A stretch of 64,000 nucleotides of DNA from Eledone cirrhosa (GCA_964016885.1 OZ024743.1:244032001-244096000), one strand, 5' to 3'; shown: positions 28,271 to 41,600, counted from the stretch's first letter. The notes: generated by a model not told the origin, from the sequence alone. A program made the numbers and translations.

Positions 28271-28905
28271 AAATCTATTTAAGTTAATACACAGTTAATT
28301 CTTATTATAGCTTCATCGGAGGAGAACGAACAAGGCTTTGATCCTCTTTCGGGGACACCAAGACTAGTGGTAAGAACTGAGAAAGTTATTCTCAAACCAG
28401 AGACCTGATCCGAAGCAATAAATTGTCCAATGAATGCGGAATTTCTTTCACATGAATCAGCCTCTAGCATGAACACCGCGAAACATCCATATTATTCGAT
28501 TACATTCTTTTATATTGTGCTACAGCGTGGATCATAAACTCACTCTGGGTATTCCCTAGTGCCTTTATTGGTGCTTAACACCGCTAGAAGGAACAATACT
28601 ATTGGTAGTTCTCAGATCTTCAGTTGATAGATGCTAAAGGGAATATCTAAACTGTTTGCACTGCAAGATATTCCCTTGTCTCTCGTTCCCTCTCACTACT
28701 TCTCTGGAAGCGATGTCAGTTTGAGCGAACCTCAAACTGTTTTTTAAAGACGCTTTGGGTGAAGTTGATAAAAATAAAAATATACTAGAAATCTACAATT
28801 TTTTAATGCAAATAATTGCACCTTCACAACGAGTAAATAAATATATATATATAAATTGAAAAGATATTTGTCTCTAATACTTAGACATCTCTATGAAAGG
28901 GTAAT

Positions 28906-28937
<32 letters not shown>

Positions 28938-29406
28938 GTATATGTATACATGAATGTATGTAATATATATATATATATATATTTATTTATTTATTAAAGT
29001 TTAAGCAAAGAATCGCTGCTTTCACCCTTAACAGGATCTTTAGAAACTAAAAAAATCAATCTGTGAACGCAGAAGTAAATATTTCGAAAAACGTTGCAAC
29101 CGAAGGAAGACAGGAAGACGAGACTTTGGTTCGTAGAAACGTTCCCTGGCAAAGAACGAAAAATAAACGAAGATAATACGTCATTATTTGGAGCGGTGAA
29201 AACAATTACACGCAAAGACAAAACTACGTTTATGGTATAACTGTAGTCGTAGATTAATATTCTATTAGGTGGTTCGTGGAATGAACGGAAAAAACGAAGA
29301 TAATACGTCATTATATATAATATTGAGATGAGCGGAACAAGTAAAATTCAAACAATCTTTCAAAATAAATTCAAAAAATATAATTTAAATATTTACCTAT
29401 CCATAT

Positions 29407-29487
29407 TGCTTTTACCGCCGGTTTCGCCTCACAAAAGATTGGAAATCCGAGGGACTTCCAATGGAAAGTTCGGCTCTTCAGAAAGCA
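29407..29487 (-). ncRNA. Type I hammerhead ribozyme (inverted-arm copy)
   Basis: ugcuuu-CUGAAGA-gcc...ggc-GAAA-ccggcgg-UA-aaagca on the minus strand. Confidence 0.85.
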
Positions 29488-30049
29488 TTTTCCCTTACAT
29501 AGGACTTAAAGTCCCACAGCCGGCAAATATATTGCCTTCAGCCAGCTAGTGCAGGATCGAATGGGGCCTTAAACGTGACCTACACGTGAACTGGTCGTTA
29601 GTAGAAGCGGTAATAGCATTGACGTGTTGTTTGCCACACCAATAAAAATAGCAGCTAGGTAAACAACGGATTTTTTCTCTACTCATGGGAGAATTTATAT
29701 AAAATCAGATTAATATCCCTACAGGCATTAAGTACCCTGGTATGTCAAATTAATACCATTGAACAACAACTGTATCATAGACACCCTATATATTTCCGAG
29801 GGTACTTAGTCCCTGTGGGGATATTAATTTGATTTTATATAAATTCTCCCATGTGTAGAGAAAAAATCCGTTGTTTATCTAGCTGCTATTTTTAGTGGTG
29901 TGGCAGACAACACGTCTATGCTATTACCGCTTCTACTAACGACCAGTTCACGTGTAGGTCACGTTTACGGCCCCATTCGATCCTGCACTAGCTGGCTGAA
30001 AGCAATATATTTGCCGGCTGTGGGACTTTAAGTCTTATGTAAGGGAAAA

Positions 30050-30130
30050 TGCTTTCTGAAGAGCCGAACTTTCCATTGGAAGTCCCTCGGATTTCCAATT
30101 TTTTGTGAGGCGAAACCGTCGGTAAAAGCA
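30050..30130 (+). ncRNA. Type I hammerhead ribozyme with 49-nt stem II domain
   Basis: ugcuuu-CUGAAGA-gcc...ggc-GAAA-ccgucgg-UA-aaagca. 6-bp stem I, stem III ACCG/CGGU, GUA triplet. Confidence 0.88.
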
Positions 30131-30348
30131 ATATGGATAGGTAAATATTTAAATTATATTTTTTGAATTTATTTTGAAAGATTGTTTGAATTTTACTTGT
30201 TCCGCTCATCTCAATTTTATAGTTCTGGTATTCAAATTAATACCATTGAACAACGACTGTATCATAGACACCCTATATATTTCCGAGGGTACTTAGTCCC
30301 TGTGGGGATATTAATCTCATTTTATATATATATAATATATATATATGC

Positions 30349-30395
<47 letters not shown>

Positions 30396-30435
30396 GATAT
30401 TAAACAAATGGAAACTATATTTATAAAACCATATT

Positions 30436-30501
30436 TATTTCATTATACATATTTCAGGGATACCATATTAAAAATATGGCATGCCTTCTTCAGATAAAAT
30501 A
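30436..30501 (-). ncRNA. Type I hammerhead ribozyme in the PLE 3' region
   Basis: uauuuuau-CUGAAGA-aggcaugccauauu uuu aauaugguaucccu-GAAA-uaugua-UA-augaaaua. About 1.3 kb 3' of the PLE ORF on the same strand. Confidence 0.88.
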
Positions 30502-31836
30502 CAATATATAAGCAGTTTTATAAATAAATTTGACGTACCATAAAATATTGATCAACTTCCATTTAAAAAAGTTGGTTTGGTAGTGAAATGTTTGTAAATA
30601 TTTAGTGTTAAGTACAGTTAGAAAGAAAGACGGAGAGAAGGAATAAATGTATGTAAAGAAAAATAGAGAGAGATAGAGAGAAATATGGGAGAGAGAAATA
30701 GTGAGGAGGTGAACAATGAGAGGCAGCTGAGGTAACAGATGAATAATAATAATTCAACATGCAAAATGAGAGATTTAGGGGGGGAGGGAGTACTGTAATT
30801 ATTTATTTATTTATTTATTTAGTTATAGTGTTAAGGAGACGGAGAAAAATAAAAAATAACAGCGATACATAGATTACATCATGTATAGAGGGAGGAGAAG
30901 AAAGCTATATCTAGAGAGAAGGATGACAGATTTACAACTTTACGTTATGTTCTATCAATTTGAATTATCAATTTATATGAATTGGGTATTATACTGTAAA
31001 TATCAATATTCATGAATGAGACATAGATATATAATGTTTGAAAAATAATGACCATATGTTTAGTTTAAAAATTCTTAGGTCGATATATCAAAAACCTGAG
31101 ATAAAACTTCAAAATACATAAGTATATATGTACTTTTCGGAAAAAGAAAGAAAGAGAAAAAGAGAAGGTCATCTCAAGTTCTAGTTGACACTATAGATAT
31201 ACACGTGAGCATACGTGATCAGCTCTGTAATTTCTCATTTCACATGAAAAAATGTTCCTTTGCGTTATAAAAGATTTTACTATATATATATATATATACA
31301 TACATACACGTACATAAAAATATAAAATATATATTAATATTAATATTCCTGCCCTCACATACATGATTATCGTTCATGTATAGAATAGACAACAGATATC
31401 AATATATCAAAACGCTAAGAATACTTTCATCACTCCCTAGAGTGTCTAGGGCCTTAAAAAACACAGTATGCACCCCATATCAACCACAGAAATCAACCCT
31501 TCCAATTTATCTGACAATATATTGCCAAGTTCATTAGAAGCAATCAGAATCAAAAGCAAACAAAAAACCAAAATTATTCAACAAGACTTATTTAGCAGAA
31601 ATCATTTAAAAGATTTAGGAGACCCTGTTGTTCTACAGATGCTCTTATATTTAGTATAGAAGTTTATCTAGCGTAAAATTTATTCAATAGATTGGGAGCA
31701 TCAACATTTAAGGGTAGTTTAATTACATCATTAGTATATATTTATGAAGAAGGTTTAAAAAAGAAAAAGTTGAAGGAATCGAAAGATTTATCGTCATGTT
31801 TCATAATTAATTAAATAAATATCTTAACTAAATATA

Positions 31837-33568
31837 CTACATTTTAAATTTATATTTATATTTAAACGTTGAGTTCAATCTATGTCTGCAGCAACTGAAT
31901 AGATTGCTCCTTAGATTAAGGGAATTTTTAGATTTTAATATAAAGAATATCTCCTCCACGCAGAGGTCACATGTCTCAGATGAGGAATTAAAAGGAATCC
32001 CTCTTGAGACTATATTCCAAAACAACAAATATCCACCTTTATCATGTTTAAGTTGCCAGAGTAAGCCTGATAGTGAAGTTGAAGATTTTTTGCCTGGATC
32101 TGTGAAAGAATTCTTATGATTATTATAGCGAAGTTTAAATTCTGTCGAGGTGGAACCAACATAGTTAAAAGAATTTAAGTCAGTTTTAACATTACAATTG
32201 TATATTATATTTTTAACTAAGCAATTGTTATTTAACGGACATTTAGATTTATTTCTACAGTTACAGTTGTTTAATTGAATATTGTTTAGGCTATTATCTG
32301 TATTTTGGCTAGGTTTTAGATTCCTATTATTTATTCTGTTAATATTTTGTGCTAAGTTTTTGGTGGACGAGTAAGTTAATTTTATAGTATGTCTATTAAA
32401 AATTGAGTGATATTTATGTGTTCTAGGGAAGCGTTTGTCAAGAGCATTAAAAAATAGTTTAGCAATGTGGGTTTTAATATTTAGTGAGAGGGGGGGGGGG
32501 GGCAAACCATATTATATTTCTAGTTCTATTTCTTTTCTGGCTTTTGGAATTATTGTAATGTTTTCTATTATAGTTGTTAAAGTTGTTACCGTAATTAAAA
32601 TTGTTGTTATATTGGTTAGTTTGCCTATTATTATCGATGTACATAATTTTATCACTATATCCTGCTCTAGCTAACGCTTCATTGTAATACTGCGCTTTTT
32701 CGTCGAAAATATTTTTATTAGATGAAATTCTTGAGATACGTTCTTGAACAGAGTTCACTATAGTATTTTTAACAGATCTGGGGTGATTAGAGTTAAAACT
32801 GACATAATTCAAGTTTTCATTTAGTTTGTGAAAAGGATAGTGAAGACATGTGTTGAGATTTAGTGTTACATCTAGGAAATTGACTATTCTATGGTTATTC
32901 TCTATTTCTATTTTTAGATTAAGGTAATTAAAAAATTGTATAATTTGTTTTCTTTTCCTATTTAGTTCAGAGTTATTATTTTCAATAAGTAAAAGCGTGT
33001 CATCACGATATAATCCTCCGGTTACACCAGGTATTTTTCTATGTAGCGAATTAATTATAAATAGGCCCACAAGGTCCGTTACCTGAGCTGAGTCAGATGA
33101 TCCCATAGTAATGTCGAAATTATTATCTCTATCTGCCCTAGTCCATAGTTGGTTATTAAATTCTATCAATGTTTTCCTTGCCGATAATATAATGTGCATT
33201 TCATTGCTAGTTAGGTCTGTATGTTTGAATGCGTAATTTAGTGCCTTATTTAGTAGATTAGGGGTAATAGATGAATAGTAGTTAGCAATATCTAGTTGAA
33301 TAAATTTATTATTATTGTTATATTTAATTTCTTTAAACCACTCAATAACCTCACCAGTTCCCTTCCACAAGTTTAAGTTAGGTAAACCATGTAAGTTTTT
33401 AACCTGCTGTATCACCCTGTCTAGAATGTTTTTGCTAAGTTTACCCAGGTCAGATTTTGATGGTGCAATCAATCTGACTGGCAAATCATTTTCAAAATTT
33501 CTTTTGTGATCTTTCATACTGAAATATGTATGATGAAATAAATATGGTTTTATAAATATAGTTTCCAT
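31837..33568 (-). CDS. Penelope-like retroelement polyprotein (RT + Zn knuckle + GIY-YIG), 5'-truncated, one frameshift at a G-run near 32490-32502
   Basis: RT motifs QLDIANYYSSI, ITMGSSDSAQVTDLVG, LYRDD, VNFLDVTL, SNHPRS. Then CNCRNKSKCPLNNNCL, NIIY...YVGSTSTEFKLRYNNH and CDLCVEE. Confidence 0.93.
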
Positions 33569-33667
33569 TTGTTTAATATCGTATATCTACTCCAAAACTT
33601 GTTGAGTGCTTTATATCAGTTATAAAATATTTACTCGTTGTAACCCAACAATTTTAAATAAAACTTT

Positions 33668-33713
<46 letters not shown>

Positions 33714-33817
33714 CAGCGAGATCGTATTTCGGCGGGGGACAAAAATAAAACGAAACGCAATCCTCGAAATATGCGGCAAGCGCTCAATAGACTAAAAGAA
33801 GACCAGAGCAATTAATG

Positions 33818-33848
<31 letters not shown>

Positions 33849-34270
33849 GATAACCGCAAAGGTCAAATGTAGATTGTCATAATCTGCCATAATACATATT
33901 TCCGTCGCGTAATGATTACGTAATGCTGTCATCCCGCAACCACCAACACGACTTCACCAGACAGCATCACAAGTAATACGGTTGATATGTAACATATCTA
34001 ATGCAATACAGACAATCGTCAAGAGGACGAAAGAATTTGCTGTTGCTCCTATCAGATTCTTCTGATAAAATCCAGTAAAATACCCTTAGGAAGGGGAAAA
34101 TAATGCTACTGTCTAGTCTATTGTCTCTAAGTGTATTTTACTCTTTCTTTTACGCTATTATTTATAGCGATCAACTGTTGTTACAGTCATTTTCTGCGTT
34201 TGGGATTCCCACGTTATCAAATATATATAGATGTAAGCATCATCTAAACAAAAATACACATACACGCAAA

Positions 34271-34314
<44 letters not shown>

Positions 34315-34323
<9 letters not shown>

Positions 34324-34883
34324 ATATGGGTGAGAAGAATACTGCTGGTTGCACATGGATAACATGTTATAAAATGAGTCCCTCATCAGTGATTTACCAA
34401 ACGATCATGGGTATTTCATCGCATTAAAAATCATTTACCTCACGTTGGAGCGATAATAACTAAAATAAGTTATTAGGACAATAGAAACGCGTAAAGCGAG
34501 TGAGACAAGTAAACAACACAGGGGGAAGCTAACCGAAGATGGAAATAAACACAAGCAACATAGTTATTCTTTCAGCGTAAGCTGTGTGAATATATGAGCG
34601 AGTCAGAAAACAGACCTTTCACTAGTGAATCCGGTGTTAGAAAGAATGAAAACCGTTTTCCCAGCGAACGGGAGGAAGAAAGAAGGGGAGAAACAGGGAC
34701 TGAGTGAGTGGGAGTGCGAGGAAGAGGTCAGTAGAGAGAAAGAGTTAACTGACATGGCAGAGGGGACGAAAGAAAGTAAGAGAAACAGAGAGAACGAGGG
34801 AGCAGTAAGAGAGAAAGAGAGAAACACAGAATTGCAGTTTGGGTAAATATATGAAAATATGGGTGAGAAGAATACTGCTGGTT
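34315..34883 (-). repeat. 533-bp unit with ~35-bp terminal direct repeat, carrying a CUGAUGA motif related to 15354-15975
   Basis: gaaaatatgggtgagaagaatactgctggtt at 34320 and 34853. 34376-34480 is homologous to 15365-15470. Confidence 0.65.
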
Positions 34884-34957
34884 ATATAATCAGGTTTAGC
34901 AAATAATGAAAAAGTTTCAAAATAAATTTTAAAAAATTGACTTTACTTACTATAGTT

Positions 34958-35041
34958 ACCTTTACCGAATCGGTTTCGAATCTCAAAAATAAACGGAGAC
35001 CATACGGCCTTCGTTGCAAAGAAAGATTCTCGTCAGAAGGT
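34958..35041 (-). ncRNA. Type I hammerhead ribozyme with 52-nt stem II domain
   Basis: accuu-CUGACGA-gaaucu...agauuc-GAAA-ccgauucgg-UA-aaggu. All three stems pair, GUA triplet. Confidence 0.88.
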
Positions 35042-35105
35042 TCTTTTCATTCGAAGAATATAAAATTCTTGAATTTAAATTACGAACTAGCGATATATAT
35101 ATATA

Positions 35106-35144
<39 letters not shown>

Positions 35145-35175
35145 ATGTGTGTGTGAATATATTTGTGTGTGTGTG

Positions 35176-35252
<77 letters not shown>

Positions 35253-35970
35253 TTGCATATGTGTCTCAACACATATTTTTATTCCTCTTGTAATCTCGCA
35301 GTCTCAGACAGTACGGTTCTACTGAAACTTGCAACCCAGAGCGAAGTTGGGTCTTTGACGGGTAAGTGGAAATACAACTCTAATGCAGCAGAACTAAATT
35401 TTTAAGCAAAATAACAGCGGGATAATAATTAAAATTCATTTGCTTTAATACGAAACTTACACTTAATCTTATGTAAATATGATATCAATTACATTAAAAT
35501 CTTACTTTAAAAAAATATATACATAGAAAATCACTATGGCTGTTTAATTGGAAATTCAATTTGATACGGCTGCCAGAAAATATAATATTTATATGAATAT
35601 ATTATTATTTCAAATATGTTATTTGTTAATATATAAAATTTTTTTAAAACAAATATTAACATAAATAGTGGCTGTCCCAAGTGGCCGAATGTCAACATCT
35701 TGGTTCATCAATGGAGCGACTGGGTTCCGTCAAAGAAAAAGCAAAGAAAAAAATAACAGCAGTCTCCCCTAGGATTAGGCGGCACTCGACATTTCCGTCT
35801 TTCCTCTTTCCAGTATATCGTAACGGGAAATCAAATGCCAAGGAACACAGAACGGGTCGTTGGCTTGGTGGTAGGGTATAACTGATTATATATACACATA
35901 TATTATAAAGAGTCGGGACCCTGCCGACTGAGCTCTTGCCGTTTCAACAGCTAGTTTCATCCAGATTTAT

Positions 35971-36007
<37 letters not shown>

Positions 36008-36435
36008 AATATTGTTATACTAGGGGAGGGTCATATTGTTGTAATAACATTGCCAGAAATAATAAGAGAACACACTCACTGTTTGGTTGGTTTTCGCTTC
36101 TGTATCTTTTATATCTCCATAGTTAATTCATTTGGCCATCAATGTTTATCACTGACTGACCAACGGTCAAAAATACAGATATAAATACATATATATAGAG
36201 TCTAACAAAGTTCTTTCGTTGCACATCTGCAACAACATCAGTGGTACTATTATCATGTTTCCCCTGCTGTATTGTATGTATTGTAATGTCTACGCCATTT
36301 TTATTTTATCTATTTATTTATTTATTTTTGTCTTCGTCTCTGCGCATGCGTTTGCGTGTATGTATAGTGTTTGGTGTGTGTTCGCGTTTGGCTGACTGTG
36401 TTTTGGTTATTGCATTCTATCTTAGTTTATTTATG

Positions 36436-36484
<49 letters not shown>

Positions 36485-36618
36485 TGTTAAGGTGCAAATT
36501 AATTGCGTCCATAGGCAGTATGCCGAATGAGCACTCGGTGTCCGTGGGGAGCAGAGTATCAATAGTATGAATATATAAGGAACAAAGAATCAGTGTTGCA
36601 TCATATGCATATTTCATT

Positions 36619-36710
36619 ACATATTACATATGTTTCACTGTTGATCAGCTCGAGGAACGATCTATTAATGATCGAACCTGACTCTAGAATCGGAAGTTCT
36701 TCAGATATGT
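36619..36710 (-). ncRNA. Type I hammerhead ribozyme with 61-nt stem II domain
   Basis: acauau-CUGAAGA-acu...agu-GAAA-cauaug-UA-auaugu. Perfect palindrome ACAUAUGU, GUA triplet. Confidence 0.85.
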
Positions 36711-36739
36711 TTTAACGTGTAGACTCGCGTCTCAGACGC

Positions 36740-37525
36740 CAAACTCTCCCTCTCTATATATCTACTACACGGCCTCTCTACCAGTTCCCCTCTCTATATC
36801 AATTAACACCAAATTCTCCATCTCTCTATATCTACTACACAGTACCTCTTCCATTCCCCCTCTCTATATCAATTAGCACCGAACACTCCTCCTCTTTATA
36901 TGTACTACACGGAATTCTCTTCCAATCACCCTCTCTATATGAATAAACATCAATCTCTTCCCCTCTCTATATCTAATATACAGCACACTCTCCCAACCCC
37001 CTCACTATGTCAATTACCGCCAAATTATCCCCTTCTCTATATCTACCATACATCACTCTCTCTCTTTCCTTCTCACTCTATCTTTCAATATCTATCAATA
37101 CCTTTCTCTATCAATTCTCTCACTCTATTTATTACCACCAAACTCTCCCCTTCTCTACATTAACCATACGACACCCTCTCCTAATTTCTCCTCTATATCA
37201 ATTAACACCAAACTTTCCCTCTTTTTATATCTACTACACCGAACTCTCTTCTAATACCCCTCTCTATATCAATAAACCTTAAACTCTTCTCCCCTCTATA
37301 TCTACTATACGGAACTCTCATCCAGTCACCCTCTCTACATCAATTAACGCCAAACTCTCCCCCTCTCTATATCTGCTACACGGAACTCTCTTCAAACCCC
37401 TCTCTCTATATCAATAAAAATCAATCTCTCCATTTCTCTATATCTAATATACAACACACTCTCCCAGCCTTCCCCTCTATATCAATTACCACCAAACTCT
37501 CGCCCTCCCTATATCTATATCTATC
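36740..37525 (+). repeat. Degenerate CT-rich tandem repeat (ctctatatcaattaacaccaaactctcc / ctctatatctactacacggaactctc alternating)
   Basis: Alternating motifs recur about ten times with a period of roughly 60 bp. Confidence 0.75.
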
Positions 37526-37689
37526 TCTCACACCTGTCTCTACAAAACATGTACATAAATTGTAGCTCATATACAAATAGATGTGTGTTCTGGTAGTTTG
37601 GGAGTGACTTACTGCTAGGGAGATGTCTTACTGAAGACTAGGAGTCTCTCGCGCCAGAAAAAAAAATCTTTATTGGATTGCCGTTGACA

Positions 37690-37867
37690 CTCCTGCGTTC
37701 CTCCGCCCTTTGACGGATCATTTTCTTTCACCCCGCAAGGTGTCCCAAATCACTCTCCTCACCAAGCAAGCTTGGTGGTGGGATTGTCGGTTTAGTCGCC
37801 GACGATCCGACCATGCACAAGTTGTACTGGGTTAGATGTTACCAGTAGCGCAGAAGGACGATCTGAC
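37690..37867 (-). mobile_element. 5' fragment related to the RTE-derived non-autonomous element
   Basis: gtttagtcgccgacgatccgaccatg...gttgtactggg...tgttaccagtagc matches 6583-6661. Confidence 0.7.
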
Positions 37868-38094
37868 ATACACACACACACATACATACATACATGATGA
37901 TGGCTGCCCCCTCGTTATCGAGTATGGCCATTGCACGAGAAAAAAAAAACAAAAAAACAATAATAACAATAATAATAATAATAATAATAACAACAATAAT
38001 AATAACGACAACAACAGCAATAATAATATACATATATATATACACACACACGCACACACATAAACATATCTATACACATACGATAGCAATTAAC

Positions 38095-40835
38095 AACGCT
38101 ACGATCGAATGTGGGTTTTTAGCCCAGCCAATGATCTAAAATGTCTTGCACAGAGTCGGCAACCAAAACATTCACTGGGAATAGCCGGCTGTGGTTGGAG
38201 TTCATGTAATTTTGCATGTCGTTTGAGCCCTCCTGCTGATTTACATTCTCTACCACATGCTTGGCAGGCATGATGAGTAGCATCTCCAACAGCAGCCTGG
38301 TAGTTAACCACTGGTCTTACTTTATGACTGCGAAGATAACTTTCGAGTCCAGCTTTGCTTAGGCAGAGTCTCGCACAGACGCTGCATGTCAGCACCATAA
38401 GAGGACCTTCGCCGTCTGGAAGTGCAACAGCAATGCCCTTCCTCACATCCCGCTTTACTTTCTCGTATGCGATTCGAGATGCCTCAAAGGCAACTTTTCC
38501 CTCATATACAGTCTTTCTCCATTTATTACGATCAGCAGCAACATTTTCCCATGTATCAGCAGAGATGTTAGCGTCTTTCAAATAGGCTTTCAAGGAATCC
38601 TTATACCTCTTTTTTGGTTTATGTGGCAGTCGTTTTCCTTTAACTAACTCTCCATAAAAGAGTTGTTTTGGTATTCTAGAATCCTTCATCCTGGCAAGGT
38701 GACCACTCCAACGGAGTCGTTGCTTAAGCACAAGAGCTTCTATACTGTCACATATAGAGCTTTCCAAAATCTCGACATCACTGATGTGGTCCCTCCAGTG
38801 AACGCCATGGATCCGTCTGAGACACATCTCATGGAAACGCTCCAATTGTTTAAGGTGGTGTCGATATGTGAACCAGGTCTCGCAGGCATAAAGAAGAGAA
38901 GAGAGCACACATGCCTTGTACACCTTTACCTTTGTCTTCTTGCATATGTCTCGCCGACCCCAGAGTCGCCTTTCTAGCTTTCCGAAAGCATCACTTGCTT
39001 TCCTAATCCTGAGTGGGATTTCATTATCAAGGTTGCTGTATCGATTGACAGTACTTCCCAGGTAGACAAACTGATCAACCACTCCAACTCGTTTACCATA
39101 CACATAGATATTTGGTTTACTGTACTGCTTACCAGGGACAGATAGGTACATGACGACAGTTTTCTTGACACTGACAGTCAAACCCAGGGCAGTCAAGCAT
39201 CAGAAAATGCATTCAAAATGTGCTGCATATCACTCTCTGTGTGCACTACAAGATCGCAATCATCTGCATACAAGAGGTTTCTTATAATTGATGTAAATAC
39301 TTTTGTTTTTGCAGCAAAGCGCCTGATGTTCGATATCGGATGTAAACACCATGCTCGCAATTCCTGAATGCAATATAGAAAACCATTGCAAAGTATATGG
39401 CAAACAGGGTCGGTGCTGGAATATCCCCTTGTTTCATTCTATTTTTTTTTTACTGAGATAGGCTCCGACATGTTACCTCCGACATTAATCCAAGCCTTCA
39501 TGTCGTCATGGAAAGATCTAACTAAAGCAAGGAACTTATCAGGGCAACCAAGTTTACCTTCCATAATGCATTTCTGTTAACAGTATCGAAGATACATATC
39601 CAAACCTTGTTCCATGCACTTCTCCTGGGGCTGTCTAGCTGAGAAGATCATACCAGTAGTGCCGCATCCAGCACGAAAACCAGATTGACTTTCAGGAAGA
39701 GCACAATCTGCAATGTGTGTCAGCAGACGGTCCAGAAGCACCCTACATAAAACTTTCCCTACGACAGAAAGCAATGATATACCTCTGTAGTTCCCACAAT
39801 CATTCCTGTTACCCTTTCCCTTGTACAAGACCACCATTACTGCATCTCTCCAGTCCTCATGTACGGATTCATTAGCCCATATCCTGCCAAACAAAGAGTG
39901 AAGATGTTGCAGGAGTCTATCACCACCATATTGTAGGAGCTCAGCAAGTATGCCATCCATACCTGGAGACCTTCCACTGTTCAGCTTCGAGATAGCCACT
40001 GCAACCTCCACAAGCGTCGGAGGTTCTGCGAGAGCTACTTTCACAGGACTTTCTGGAATGAGATTGAGGAAATCTTCATTAACGACAGACAGCTGATTCA
40101 AAAGATCATCAAAGTGCTCTCGCCACCTTCGTAGAATTCCTTGTGAGTCACGAAGAAGTTCTTTGCCATCCTTGCTGCGAAGCGGTGTCATCAGAAAAGA
40201 AGACGGTCCATAAACTTCACGCAAGAGACTGTACAACAGCTGTGTTATTGGAATCTGACGCAGTTTGTATCTCATCAGCCTTTTCACTCCACCACTGATC
40301 CTTCATCTGAGAAATACTCCGCCTAACACGTGATTTCACATCCTTGAGCTCCTTATGCAACATATTCTTCTCCTGTGGTTTTGCCGTCAAGTATCGTGAC
40401 AGAGCACGTCTCTTATCAGCCAACAAGTCTTCTATATGTTCATCATTCTCATTAAACCAGTCTTGATGTTTTCTCTGCACAAATCCCAGAACACGCCTGC
40501 CTACATCATAAACCAACTTTTTAAGGGTCGGCCAATCCTTACCAAGATCTGCAATCTGCATCTCTTCTTGCAATGTCCTCTTCACATTTTAATCCTTAAG
40601 ACGAGCAGCATTCAAACTTCTGGGCAGGGCAACACCAGGAGCCCGGATTTTACGTTTAGTGATTAGTTTCACTTTTGCGCGTACCAGGCGGTGGTCCGTC
40701 CAGCACTCAGCTCCACGAAGAGCACGAACACACTGCACATCCTGTTACGCATCCTGACTAGGACGTAGTCCAAAAAAAGATGCCATTCCTTAGATGGTCT
40801 TAAATTTGTTCTTTTGTTGGAACATGGTGTTGGTA
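38095..40835 (-). mobile_element. RTE-clade LINE (BovB-like), decayed: end of APE, RT and C-terminal triple C2H2 zinc fingers
   Basis: ORFs 40217..40585, 39577..40287 (SPGMDGI, NYRGISLLSVVGKV, ESQSGFR) and 38099..39196 (FVYLGS, LLYACETW, LRWSGHL, three CxxC...H..H motifs). yADD-like codons near 39260-39270. Frameshifted. Confidence 0.93.
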
Positions 40836-40850
40836 ACATACATACATACA

Positions 40851-41383
40851 TGGTGGCTGCCAACTCGTTTTCGAGTACGGCCACTACTTTATATCCATGT
40901 AGGAGAACCCCTACCGATGCGCTGAATGAGTGACTTTTTAGTCCAGCCAGCGACTTGAAAACTCTGGTACAAACACTACACTTGTGACAATTATTGACAC
41001 ATAGTTCTGGGCCCATGGTACCATGTGACGACAAGTGCAGAGATCTCCAGATATAAAGCAATGTCTGTGCCGTGAAGCTTTTATAGTGAGCAAAGGCACT
41101 GCACAAAGCCAGTCCCACTCTCTTAACCAAGATGATATTTACCAAAAAGAAGAACAAGTCAACATCATTGGATACCATCAGGGTTGCAGGTGTTATATCA
41201 GAGTTTTCCTTCTCCTAGAATTCTGTCTTGACAAAGGCTAAGGGGTCATCTCTCCCGGTGATTTTGGATGGCCATGACTCTTAAGAGCTTCTTTGCCCTT
41301 TGACAGGTTTTGTTTTTAGTCCTGCAGGATGTCCAAAGTCACCCTCCTCACCAAAAAACCTTGGTGGGGTTGCCAGTTTAGTC
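40851..41383 (-). mobile_element. Non-autonomous RTE-derived retroelement, copy 2
   Basis: Highly similar to 6053-6590 and flanked by (TACA)n. Confidence 0.75.
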
Positions 41384-41600
41384 AAACATACATACATACA
41401 TACATACATACATACGTGTGTATGAGTGAGTGTGCGTGTACCTGTATGTATGTGTTTGTGAGTGTTAAATTTATATCTGTACGAATACAGTAGAGAATGT
41501 AATGGAAACTGCGTAAATGTATATACATATTGATTAAAAGACATATATATCGAATAAGAAAATCCGAAGTAGTTGCAGATGTTAGTCTTTTATTGATAAG

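Larger units (their letters stand above)
29322..30315 (+). mobile_element. Non-coding hammerhead cassette: ~415-bp inverted arm, 488-bp monomer and ~90-bp terminal redundancy
   Basis: 29322-29737 is the reverse complement of about 29799-30214, with scattered substitutions. 29737-29828 is repeated at 30225-30315. Ends next to (TA)n. Confidence 0.85.

Noticed and set aside
35925-35965. Minus-strand CUGGAUGA-aac..guu-GAAAC, related to 5358-5410 and 49460-49513
   Set aside because: There is an insertion in the core and no NUH/stem I.
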